Shown here piece after piece: positions 26,654 to 35,309 of a stretch of 64,000 nucleotides of DNA (position 1 is the first letter of the stretch; each line of letters begins with the position of its first letter). Source of the stretch: Thermoplasmata archaeon (GTDB taxonomy: Archaea > Thermoplasmatota > Thermoplasmata > Lutacidiplasmatales > UBA184). The stretch is from positions 5,204 to 69,203 of the forward strand of contig DATJRQ010000018.1 in the NCBI GenBank assembly GCA_035504595.1, in the 5' to 3' direction. The position numbers and the translations under genes are program-made. Under the pieces are notes generated by a model. That model saw nothing but the letters and a program-made list of their open reading frames with translations, ran no database searches and was not told where the DNA came from.

Positions 26654-27901
26654 GTGCCCACCAGTTGTCCGATCTGCGAGCAACCGATCCCGTCCACGGT
26701 CGGTCATTGCTCCGTCTGCGGGTTCCCGACCGCTCTGGCGATCGAGGGATTGCGCTCGCTCGGGCCGAACGGCGCGACGGACGCGGAGCTCGCGTCCCCG
26801 ACCGTGCTCGAGGTCCGACCCGCCCCCAAGACGCCAGAGCCGCCCTCCGCCGAGTCGGAACTGTGCGCGTCGATCAGCCGCGACATTCGCGGCAAGCTCG
26901 AGTATGTCCGGGAGCTCGGACGCGGCGCCCCGGACCCGACGAGCGACATGTGCCAGGCCGCGCTCAACGAGGCCGAGGGGCGCGTCAGCGAAGCGCTGGA
27001 CGTGCTTCGGCGGGCGCAGCACAGCCTCGACCGGCAGACCGACGAGGTGCTCCGGGGCCGACTCGACTCGCTCCGCACCCGCGAGAGCGCGCTGCGGGAG
27101 ACCGGCGTCCAGTTCGCCCTTGGGGGCGACCTGCGGCGGCTCGCCGATGCGGTCGACGGCGGACAGCGCGAGTCGGCGGTCGGTCTCCTCGTCGAGACCG
27201 AGCGTCGCGTGGCCCAGTTCGAATCCGATTGGCGGGGACTGCAGGGACTGCTCCGTCAGATCGACACGCTTCGGAAGGAGGCCGCCGACCTCGGGATCCC
27301 GCTCGGCGAGATCGCCGGCGAGGTCTCCGATATCCGGGACCAGCTGCGCGGGAGCGATATCACGGAGGAGGCGCTCGATGAGGTCGCCCAGGCGGCCGCT
27401 CAGACGCTGATGCTGCTGCACGAAGCGATCCCGACCTCGCTCGAGGAGGAGCTCCTCCGGCACGAGGCGACCCTCGACCGGTACCCGGACGACCACGCGC
27501 CGAGCGCCGCCGCTCGACGGCTTCACGGCGAAGCCGCCCGCCATCTCAAGAAGGGGCGGCTCTCGGACGCGGTCCAGAGCGTCCGCGAGCTCCGGCGCGA
27601 GATCGAGCGGCTCGAACAGTCGCGCGAACTCCGCGAGGCGGCGGTCGGCGCCGCGCCGGTCGCACCCGCCGCGCCGCCGCCGGTGGAGACCGAAGCGGAG
27701 ACCCTCGAACGGCTTCTCAAGAAGGCCCGCAGCCTCGCCGGGCGGGTCCGCACCCTGCCCCCGGACAGCGAGCTCGCTCGCGAAGCGGCGTCGCAGATCC
27801 GGGAGGTCACGGACCTCCTGCGGAACCGCGAGCTGCGAGGCGCCGATCAGGCGCTCGCCCGCTTGATGCGGATGCTCTCGGCCGAACCGGGAGGCGTCTA
27901 G
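26654..27901 (+). CDS. Zinc-ribbon plus helical-repeat hypothetical protein
   Basis: CPIC...CSVCGF then amphipathic helical repeats; GTG start inferred. Confidence 0.7.
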   Translation: MPTSCPICEQPIPSTVGHCSVCGFPTALAIEGLRSLGPNGATDAELASPTVLEVRPAPKTPEPPSAESELCASISRDIRGKLEYVRELGRGAPDPTSDMCQAALNEAEGRVSEALDVLRRAQHSLDRQTDEVLRGRLDSLRTRESALRETGVQFALGGDLRRLADAVDGGQRESAVGLLVETERRVAQFESDWRGLQGLLRQIDTLRKEAADLGIPLGEIAGEVSDIRDQLRGSDITEEALDEVAQAAAQTLMLLHEAIPTSLEEELLRHEATLDRYPDDHAPSAAARRLHGEAARHLKKGRLSDAVQSVRELRREIERLEQSRELREAAVGAAPVAPAAPPPVETEAETLERLLKKARSLAGRVRTLPPDSELAREAASQIREVTDLLRNRELRGADQALARLMRMLSAEPGGV

Positions 27902-27905
27902 GCCC

Positions 27906-29069
27906 ATGCCCAAGACGACGACGGTGCCGGAGCTCCGTGCGCGGCTCGACCGGCTCTCGGTCCAGGGCCACGCGCTCGAATTGGAGGGGCTCCCGTTCCC
28001 GAATGCGAGCCTGCACGAGTCGTTCGAGCAGGCGTTGGCGGCGGGCTCGCTCGATCGCGCCGCCGCGGTCGTGAAGGGCGGGGAGAATCTCCTTGCCAAG
28101 GTCTCCCAGGACTGGACGTGGATCCGCGAACTCCTCCGACGCGCCGACGAACTGCGCGCGATCGCGGCGACGTTGGGGGTCGACCTGCAGCACCTCGACG
28201 CGCGCGTCGGGAATCCGCGCATGCGACTCCAATCGGACCCGTTGAGCTCGGGGTCGATGGAGAAGGCCGCCGCGAGCGCTTCGCTCGCGCTCGCCGTGCT
28301 GAACGACACGATCCCGAAGTACTGCGTCCAGGAGGCGCAGAACCTCGGGGAGTCGATCCGGCGGGCCCGCAATCGCGGGGAGGACGTCCGCGAATCCGCC
28401 CGCACGTTCACGCTCCTGCTCCAGGCGATCCAGGACCAGAACCTCGCCGTTTCCGCCCAGCGGCTGGTCGAGACCCGTCGCGCCGTGTCGCGGATCCCCC
28501 GGGCACCGGCGCTCCCGACGTCGAACCCGCGCGAGGAGGAGGAGATCCTGCAGGAGGCGCGGAACCTCGCCCGCCGGCTCCAGCGCATCAAGGGGAAGGC
28601 GCGCGACGCCCAGACCGCGGCTCGTCTGATGTCCCAGATCCGCGGTGCCCTGAGCGAGGAGCGGCGGTTCGGCACGCCGGAGGAGGAGATCGAGGCGCTT
28701 TGGCTCGAGGTCGACCGGATCACCCGCGAGCGACGGCTGGCGTCGGAAGTTCCGGAGCCCCCTCGGGGGGAACCCGACCTCGCCACAGCCGGCGCGGAAG
28801 GGAACGGGACCTTCGACGCCCTCGGTCCGCCGCCGCCTGGTTCGATGCGGGAGGAGGCGCCCGCTACCGGGTCGGAGGAGGAGACCGACGACGCCGAGGA
28901 GAAGGGTGAGGAGGAGGGCGACGAGGATCGCCGACCCCCGGTCGCGTTCGCCCCGTACAATCCGTACATCCCTCCGGATATACCGCTGCCCACGGACGCC
29001 GAACAGGACCCCGACTCCCCGGCGGCGCGGGCGCGCGCCCGGGGCTCGCGGGTGCGACCGCAATCTTAA
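27906..29069 (+). CDS. Helical-repeat hypothetical protein with acidic tail, distant paralogue of the upstream gene
   Basis: Amphipathic helices; ILQEARNLARRL resembles LLKKARSLAGRV in the upstream protein. Confidence 0.65.
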   Translation: MPKTTTVPELRARLDRLSVQGHALELEGLPFPNASLHESFEQALAAGSLDRAAAVVKGGENLLAKVSQDWTWIRELLRRADELRAIAATLGVDLQHLDARVGNPRMRLQSDPLSSGSMEKAAASASLALAVLNDTIPKYCVQEAQNLGESIRRARNRGEDVRESARTFTLLLQAIQDQNLAVSAQRLVETRRAVSRIPRAPALPTSNPREEEEILQEARNLARRLQRIKGKARDAQTAARLMSQIRGALSEERRFGTPEEEIEALWLEVDRITRERRLASEVPEPPRGEPDLATAGAEGNGTFDALGPPPPGSMREEAPATGSEEETDDAEEKGEEEGDEDRRPPVAFAPYNPYIPPDIPLPTDAEQDPDSPAARARARGSRVRPQS

Positions 29070-29080
29070 AATACCTATCG

Positions 29081-29100
29081 CAAGTGGTTTATACCACTTG
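29081..29100. promoter_or_regulatory. Perfect inverted repeat enclosing a TATA-like core upstream of gar1-tfb
   Basis: CAAGTGGT-TTAT-ACCACTTG, containing TTTATA. Confidence 0.5.
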
Positions 29101-29364
29101 CCGCGAGCCGACGGGCGACGGTCAGCGCGCGAGGTGGGGACGGTCAAGGCCGTCACGCCCTCGGGATTTTTCACCGTCCGCTCGGTAGGCGCCGACGTGG
29201 CGCCGGAAGGGACGAACGTGACCGACGCCCGGGGCGTCGTGCACGGCCGCGTCGTGCGCGTCTTCGGTCCGGTCGCCCGCCCGTATCTCAGCGTTCGTCC
29301 GCGCCGGCCTCCCGCGCCGGCGGAAGGGGTGGCGCTGCTCGACGCGACGCTCGTGCGCGAGTGA
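29098..29364 (+). CDS. gar1: H/ACA RNP component Gar1/Naf1
   Basis: GRVVRVFGPVARPYLSV signature; upstream of tfb as usual in archaea; start is TTG 29098 or GTG 29134. Confidence 0.8.
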   Translation: MPRADGRRSAREVGTVKAVTPSGFFTVRSVGADVAPEGTNVTDARGVVHGRVVRVFGPVARPYLSVRPRRPPAPAEGVALLDATLVRE

Positions 29365-29379
29365 GGTCGTTCGGTCGGT

Positions 29380-30348
29380 ATGGTCGATAAAGAGGTGGAA
29401 GTCCCCACGGAGAAGGCCGCGCCCCGCGCCGAGGACATGGCCGTCGCGACACGCTGCACGAGCTGCGGATCCACCCATCTTACCCGGGACTACGAGCGGG
29501 GCGAACTCGTGTGCGACGAGTGCGGACTCGTCCTCGAGGAGTCGATGATCGACCAGGGCCCGGACTGGCGCGCCTTCGACGCCGAGCAGGGCGAGAAGCG
29601 GGCGCGCACCGGTGCCCCGACGACCCTCACGATCCACGACAAGGGACTCTCCACCGAGATCGGGTGGAAGAACCGCGACCCGTACGGAAAGTCGATCCCC
29701 ACCCGCAACCGGGCGCAGCTCTACCGGCTTCGGAAGTGGCAGCGCCGAATCCGGGTCTCGAACGCGACGGAGCGCAATCTCGCGTTCGCGCTCGCCGAGC
29801 TCGACCGCATCGCGTCCGGCATGGCGCTCCCGCGAAACGTGCGGGAGACCGCGGCGATGATCTACCGAAAGGCCGTCAACCGCAACCTGATCCGGGGCCG
29901 ATCCATCGAGGGGGTCGTCGCGGCGTCGCTCTACGGCAGCTGTCGGCAGTGCAACGTCCCGCGTACGCTCGACGAGATCGCCTCCAAATCGCGGATCGGC
30001 CGCAAGGAGATCGGACGGACGTACCGGTTCATGACCCGCGAGCTCCACCTCAAGCTGATGCCGACGCGACCGCAGGATTACATCCAGCGGTTCTGCTCGG
30101 AGCTCAAACTGAAGGGCGAGATCCAGACCCGCGCGAACGAGATCCTGAAGGAGGCGACCGAGCGCGAGCTCACCAGCGGGCGGGGCCCGACGGGCGTCGC
30201 CGCGGCGGCGATCTACATCGCGAGCGTCCAGTGCGGCGAGCGCCGCACCCAGCGCGAGGTCGCCGAGGTCGCCGGTGTGACCGAGGTCACGATCCGGAAC
30301 CGCTACAAGGAGCTCACCGAGAAGCTCAACCTGCGGGTCATGCTGTAG
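29380..30348 (+). CDS. tfb: Transcription initiation factor IIB
   Basis: CTSCG...CDECG Zn ribbon, GPDWRAF, HDKGLST, two cyclin repeats, [12 protein letters not shown]. Confidence 0.97.
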   Translation: MVDKEVEVPTEKAAPRAEDMAVATRCTSCGSTHLTRDYERGELVCDECGLVLEESMIDQGPDWRAFDAEQGEKRARTGAPTTLTIHDKGLSTEIGWKNRDPYGKSIPTRNRAQLYRLRKWQRRIRVSNATERNLAFALAELDRIASGMALPRNVRETAAMIYRKAVNRNLIRGRSIEGVVAASLYGSCRQCNVPRTLDEIASKSRIGRKEIGRTYRFMTRELHLKLMPTRPQDYIQRFCSELKLKGEIQTRANEILKEATERELTSGRGPTGVAAAAIYIASVQCGERRTQREVAEVAGVTEVTIRNRYKELTEKLNLRVML

Positions 30349-30400
30349 GGTTCGCGGAAGCTTATCTCCGAATCCTCCATCGCCCGCGCGGGACGTCGCG

Positions 30401-31852
30401 TTGGCCGACGAGCTGGCCGAAACCGCACTCCGGGCCGCGACCCCGTCGGGGGTCGAGTACGCGGACGTCCGCGTCATCCGACCGAAGCGCTACCTGCACC
30501 TGGCCGTTCGGGACGGCGGCGCGAGCGCGCTCACGTCGAGCCTCTCCTCGGGCCTGGGTGTCCGGGTCCGGACCCGCCTCGCCTGGGGGTTCGCCGGGAC
30601 GAGCGAGCTCAACCCGGCCGCCGCGCGGGACACGGCGCGCCGCGCCGTGCGCCTCGCCCGGGCCGCGGGACGGACCACCGCCCGTCCGCTGCGCGTGACC
30701 GAGGAAACGGGGCCGAGCCGGGGCCGGTACGCGACCAAGCTGCGCGAGGAACCGTTCGAGGTGCCCCGCGACGATATCCTCGAATTGCTCATCGACGCCG
30801 AGAAGCGTCTCCACGTCGGTCCCGAGGTCAAGAGCGGCGCCGCGTCGTTCCAGGCGTGGGACGAGACCAAGGAGTTCCTCTCTTCCGAAGGCGCGTCGTA
30901 CGCGGCGCGCATCGTGCACGTCGGCGCGGGCGTCACGGCCACCGCCGTGCGCGGCGCCCTCGTCCAGCGGCGGAGCGCTCCGAACTCCTTCGGCGGAGCC
31001 TGCCACCAATCCGGTTTCGAGTTCGTCCGGGGTCTCGAGCTCGACGCCCGGGCGGCGTCCGTCGGGAAGGACGCCGTCGCGCTGCTCGACGCGCCGGTGT
31101 GTCCGACCGGGCCGACCACGCTCGTGCTCGGGTCGTCGCAGCTCGCCCTGCAGGTCCACGAGAGCGTCGGACACGCGACCGAGCTCGACCGGATCTTCGG
31201 CAGCGAGGCGGCGTACGCCGGCACGAGCTGGGTGTCGCCCGGAGCGATCGGTTCCCTGACGTATGGGAGCGACCTGATGAACGTGGTCGCCGACGCGACG
31301 GAACCCGGCGGCCTGGGGACGTTCGGGTGGGATGACGAGGGCGTCGCGGCCCAGCGGGTGCCGATCGTGGAGGCCGGGCGGCTCGTGGGCGTGCTCTCAT
31401 CGCGCGAGAGCGCAGCGGAGCTCGGGCTCCCGCGTTCGGGGGGCACCGCGCGGGCGGACGGCCCGGACCGGGCGCCGTTGATCCGGATGACGAACGTCGA
31501 CCTGCTGCCCGGAGACCTGTCGATGGAGGAGCTCCTGGAGGACGTCGACGAGGGGGTGTACATGGAGACGAACCGTTCGTGGTCGATCGATGACAAGCGA
31601 CTCAACTTCCAGTTTGGCACCGAAGTCGGGTACCGGATCTCGCACGGCGAGCTGGGGGCGCTGGTGCGGAACCCGATCTACGCCGGCATGACGCCGGAAT
31701 TCTGGCGCTCGATGGACGCCGTCGGCGACGCCTCGACGTGGCAGCTCTGGGGGGTCCCGAATTGCGGAAAGGGCCAGCCGGGGCAGGTGGCGCGCGTCAG
31801 TCACGGCGCGCCGGTTGCCCGGTTCCGCCGGGTGGCGGTGCGCGGGGCGTGA
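30401..31852 (+). CDS. tldD: TldD metalloprotease
   Basis: HESVGHATELD, DDEGV, IRMTN, CGKGQP. Confidence 0.93.
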   Translation: MADELAETALRAATPSGVEYADVRVIRPKRYLHLAVRDGGASALTSSLSSGLGVRVRTRLAWGFAGTSELNPAAARDTARRAVRLARAAGRTTARPLRVTEETGPSRGRYATKLREEPFEVPRDDILELLIDAEKRLHVGPEVKSGAASFQAWDETKEFLSSEGASYAARIVHVGAGVTATAVRGALVQRRSAPNSFGGACHQSGFEFVRGLELDARAASVGKDAVALLDAPVCPTGPTTLVLGSSQLALQVHESVGHATELDRIFGSEAAYAGTSWVSPGAIGSLTYGSDLMNVVADATEPGGLGTFGWDDEGVAAQRVPIVEAGRLVGVLSSRESAAELGLPRSGGTARADGPDRAPLIRMTNVDLLPGDLSMEELLEDVDEGVYMETNRSWSIDDKRLNFQFGTEVGYRISHGELGALVRNPIYAGMTPEFWRSMDAVGDASTWQLWGVPNCGKGQPGQVARVSHGAPVARFRRVAVRGA

Positions 31853-33234
31853 ACGTGGCGAGCCGCACCCCCCGACGGCGGGACGCGATCGCGGAGTCCG
31901 TGCGCGGACTCTCTTCGGGGACGAGCGCCGACCTTCGCTGGACCGAGTCCCTCTGGACGACGATCCGGTTCGCGAACGGTCGGATCCATCAGCCGCACCA
32001 CGAGTGGAACGTGAACCTCTCCTACCGGTTCGCGGACGGGAACCGGCTCGGAACGTCAACGACCGGGGACACGAGCCCCGCCGGGATCGACGAGGTCGTT
32101 CGGTCCGCACGCTCGCTGGCACGGGTCGCGCCGAAGGAACCGAAGTTCCCCGGATTCCCGACCGACTCGGCCCCCCGCCCGCGGCCGGTCGCCTTCTCGG
32201 CGGCGACCGCACGGATCTCGCCGGAGGAAGCGACCCGCATCGCCGAGCGGATTCTTACCGCCGCGGCGTCCCGTGCCCCCGGGGCCCGGATCGCGGGCGT
32301 CGTGAACATCGGCACCGAGCGTCGAAGAGTCCTGAACTCTTCCGGTCTCGACCGCTCGACGAGGACCTCCGCCGCCCAGGCGAGCGTGCTCGTGGACCGG
32401 CCCGATCGGGACCCTCCGGTCTCGGGATGGTCGGAGGGAGCCCACTTCGACGCGGCGAAGCTCGCGCCCGAAAAGATCGGGCGCGAGGCCGCGGAGCGAG
32501 TGGCCACGACCGCGCCGGTCTCCGTCGCACCGGGAGCGTACCGCGTCGTGCTGCGGGACTCGGCGGTGGCGAGCATCATCGAGTTCCTCGCGGCGCTCGG
32601 CTTCGGCGCGAACGGCGAGGTCGAGGGATGGAGCTGCCTGCGACGACTGCGGGGCAAGTCGGTGGCCCCCCCGGCGATCGACCTCGTGGACGACGCCCGC
32701 TCCCGAGGGACGTTGCCCGGTGCGATCGACTACGAGGGCGTGGCGACCCGGCGGACGCCGCTCCTCGAGCACGGTGTGGCGCGGCCGGCGGTGACCGATG
32801 TGGTCACTTCCGGACGGCTCGGCCGGCCGCTCACGGGCCACGCGGTTCCGCCGGAATCCCCCTCGGGGGAGTGGGGCCCGGTCCCCACGCATCTTCTGCT
32901 CGCGCCGGGGGACGCCAGCGAAGAAGAACTGATCCGCTCGACCCGACGGGGCCTTCTCGTGACCCGATTCCATTACGTTCGGGTCGTCGACCCGGGGCGG
33001 GGCCTCATTACGGGGATGACCCGCGACGGGACCTACCGGATCGAGAACGGGGAGGTCGTCCAACCGGTGCGCAACCTCCGATTCACCGAGAGCGTCCTGA
33101 CGACCCTGAAGGGGACGGAGCTCGTCGGGCGGGCGACGCGCGCCCACAACACCGACGGTCGCGGCGGATTCACGTCGACCTGTCCGGCGATCCTCAGCCG
33201 GTCGTTCCGTTTCACCTCCGCCACCCTCTTCTAG
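31849..33234 (+). CDS. pmbA: PmbA/TldE family protein
   Basis: IRFANGRIHQ, PGAYRVVL, DYEGV, TGMTRDG, PVRNLRF; GTGA overlap with tldD. Confidence 0.88.
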   Translation: MNVASRTPRRRDAIAESVRGLSSGTSADLRWTESLWTTIRFANGRIHQPHHEWNVNLSYRFADGNRLGTSTTGDTSPAGIDEVVRSARSLARVAPKEPKFPGFPTDSAPRPRPVAFSAATARISPEEATRIAERILTAAASRAPGARIAGVVNIGTERRRVLNSSGLDRSTRTSAAQASVLVDRPDRDPPVSGWSEGAHFDAAKLAPEKIGREAAERVATTAPVSVAPGAYRVVLRDSAVASIIEFLAALGFGANGEVEGWSCLRRLRGKSVAPPAIDLVDDARSRGTLPGAIDYEGVATRRTPLLEHGVARPAVTDVVTSGRLGRPLTGHAVPPESPSGEWGPVPTHLLLAPGDASEEELIRSTRRGLLVTRFHYVRVVDPGRGLITGMTRDGTYRIENGEVVQPVRNLRFTESVLTTLKGTELVGRATRAHNTDGRGGFTSTCPAILSRSFRFTSATLF

Positions 33235-33255
33235 GCCGCGTCGCTCGGACGAACG

Positions 33256-33900
33256 ATGCCCCGTCCGCTCCGCGTCGCGGTGCTCGCGTCCGGGGAGGGA
33301 ACGACCCTCGACGACCTCGCGACGGAGGTCGAGTCCGAGCCCGAGCGCGTCCGCATCGTCCTCGTCGTCTCCGACCGCGAGGGCGCCGGGGTGCTCGAGC
33401 GGGCGCGTCGCCACGCGATCCCGACGGACGTGATCCGGAGCCGCGGACCCGGCACCGAGGGCTGGTCGGCCCGCCTCTCCGAACGGCTGACGGACGCTCG
33501 GGTGGATGTGGTGCTGTTGGCGGGGTACCTGTCGATCCTGCCGCCGGACTGGGTCGACCGCTGGAAGGGGCGCGCCCTCAATCTCCATCCGTCGCTGCTG
33601 CCCAAGTACGGCGGGAAAGGCATGCACGGCCTCCACGTCCATGCGGCGGTGCTCGCCGGTGGGGAGACGGAGACCGGCGCGACGGTGCACCTGGTGACCG
33701 GGACCGTCGACGGGGGTCCGCCGCTCCGGCAGGAGCGGCTCGCCATCCGTCACGACGATACCGCGGAGTCCCTGCGCGCGCGGCTCCACCCGGTCGAGGT
33801 CCGTCTGGCGGCTCGCACGCTCCGCGACTTCGCGGACGACGCGCTCCCGCTGCCCTACCCGCGCGACGCGGCCCGCGCCGACGTTCCGCGGCGCGACTGA
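33256..33900 (+). CDS. purN: Phosphoribosylglycinamide formyltransferase (folate-dependent)
   Basis: VLASGEGT, LAGYLSIL, NLHPSLLPKYGG, GATVHLV, D.GP. Confidence 0.93.
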   Translation: MPRPLRVAVLASGEGTTLDDLATEVESEPERVRIVLVVSDREGAGVLERARRHAIPTDVIRSRGPGTEGWSARLSERLTDARVDVVLLAGYLSILPPDWVDRWKGRALNLHPSLLPKYGGKGMHGLHVHAAVLAGGETETGATVHLVTGTVDGGPPLRQERLAIRHDDTAESLRARLHPVEVRLAARTLRDFADDALPLPYPRDAARADVPRRD

Positions 33901-34322
33901 CCCCGGCCCGACCGCCCGGCCGGGGCGAGCAGCTCGGCGAGCGGGGTCGGTCGCGGCGGCAGCTCTCCCGCGAGCCGGTGGCGCGTGGTCTGGACCGGAA
34001 ACAGCTCCCCGGCGTGCGCCCGCCGGACGACCTCCGACTTTGACACCTCCGGCCCGGGGCTCCACCGGCCGATCGACACGACATCGCTGTCGTAGTCGAC
34101 GACCCACGCCGGGACGCGTCGCGCGCCGAGGCGTTTCAGCGCGGCGTACCGGTGATGCCCGTTGAGGATGACGCCCGAACCCCGCGCGACCCAGATCGGC
34201 TCCTGGGAGACGCCGGTCGATCGGATCTCCTTCACCAACCGCTCGACCTTCTTCGGGTCGACGTGCTCGTGCTCCCGCAGCGACTCGATCGGGACGAGGG
34301 CGAACTCCACCGGGTCGGTCAC
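33855..34322 (-). CDS. ParB/Srx-fold protein, compact SerK/SbnI-like
   Basis: LREHE, ILNGHHRYAAL, K.EV..RA..G.LFP..TTRH; GTG start overlaps the upstream stop. Confidence 0.72.
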   Translation of the reverse strand: MTDPVEFALVPIESLREHEHVDPKKVERLVKEIRSTGVSQEPIWVARGSGVILNGHHRYAALKRLGARRVPAWVVDYDSDVVSIGRWSPGPEVSKSEVVRRAHAGELFPVQTTRHRLAGELPPRPTPLAELLAPAGRSGRGQSRRGTSARAASRG

Positions 34323-35305
34323 GCGGCGGGCCCCCGGCGCGCCTCGTGGATCGCGCGGCGCACGTAGACGTCGACCATCCGCTTCCGATAGTCCGGCAGG
34401 AGGAATGTGTTGTGGACGGGCCGCACGCGCTTGGCGACCTCCTCCGCAAGGGTGCGGACGCGCTCGTCGGTGAGCGAAGACCCTTCGAGCGGGGCCGTGA
34501 GGTCGTCGAACCGCTTCGGGTACGACTCCGCGCCGCCGATCGCGAGCGCGAGGCGCTCGACCCGACCTCCGTCGTCCCATCGGCCGGCCACCGCCACTCC
34601 GAGCTCGGGGAAGTCGTACGACGGCCGGACCCGGAGCTTCTTGTAGCGGCCCCGGAGCCCCCGCGCCTCGGGCGGCAGGTGGACCGCGACGACGAGCTCG
34701 CCGGGGGCAAGACGGGTGCGTCGGATCCCGTCGCCCGCCGCATCGTACAGCTGGGCGAGGGGGAATCGCCGCCGTCCACCGGCGCCGGCCACCTCGACGT
34801 CGGCGCCGAGCGCCATCAGGGCGGGAGCGAGGTCGCCGGAGAACGTCGCGTAGCACTTCTCCTTCTGCGGGACGACGTGGCACCGATCCCCGTCGGCCTT
34901 GAGGCAAAAGCCGAGGCTCGCGCGCCAGAAGTAGCTCTGATTGAAGAAGAAGCACCGGGTCTCGACGAGCAGGTTCCCCCCGAGCGTTCCCGACGACCGG
35001 ACGAGCGGTGTCGCGACCTCGGCGAGCGCGTCCGCGAACCCCGGATACTCCGCGAGCAGTTCCGCGTCCCGCTCGAGGTCGGCGAGGCGCTCCATCGCTC
35101 CGATCCGCCCGAGGTCGTGGCCGGTGAGCTCGCGCACTCCGTCGAGCGCGATGAGATGCGGCCGGAGGTTCAGGTGCATCTTGTAGTTCGGCAGGAGGTC
35201 GGTCCCCCCGGCGAGGTAGTCGAACCGCCCCGCGAGGTCCCCGGCGAGACGCGTCGTCTCGTCGATCGAGCTCGGGCGGTGCAGCTCGAACGGGTCGAGG
35301 TGCAT
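34319..35305 (-). CDS. hcrB: 4-hydroxybenzoyl-CoA reductase beta-like FAD subunit with [4Fe-4S] insertion
   Basis: AGGTDL, TLGGNL, C-x15-C-x7-C-x8-C insertion (CFFFNQSYFWRASLGFCLKADGDRCHVVPQKEKC). Confidence 0.8.
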   Translation of the reverse strand: MHLDPFELHRPSSIDETTRLAGDLAGRFDYLAGGTDLLPNYKMHLNLRPHLIALDGVRELTGHDLGRIGAMERLADLERDAELLAEYPGFADALAEVATPLVRSSGTLGGNLLVETRCFFFNQSYFWRASLGFCLKADGDRCHVVPQKEKCYATFSGDLAPALMALGADVEVAGAGGRRRFPLAQLYDAAGDGIRRTRLAPGELVVAVHLPPEARGLRGRYKKLRVRPSYDFPELGVAVAGRWDDGGRVERLALAIGGAESYPKRFDDLTAPLEGSSLTDERVRTLAEEVAKRVRPVHNTFLLPDYRKRMVDVYVRRAIHEARRGPAA

Positions 35306-35309
35306 GGAA

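Noticed and set aside
25433..28993. 1186-aa minus-strand ORF
   Set aside because: Crosses a tRNA and several better-supported genes; Arg/Ser-rich shadow frame
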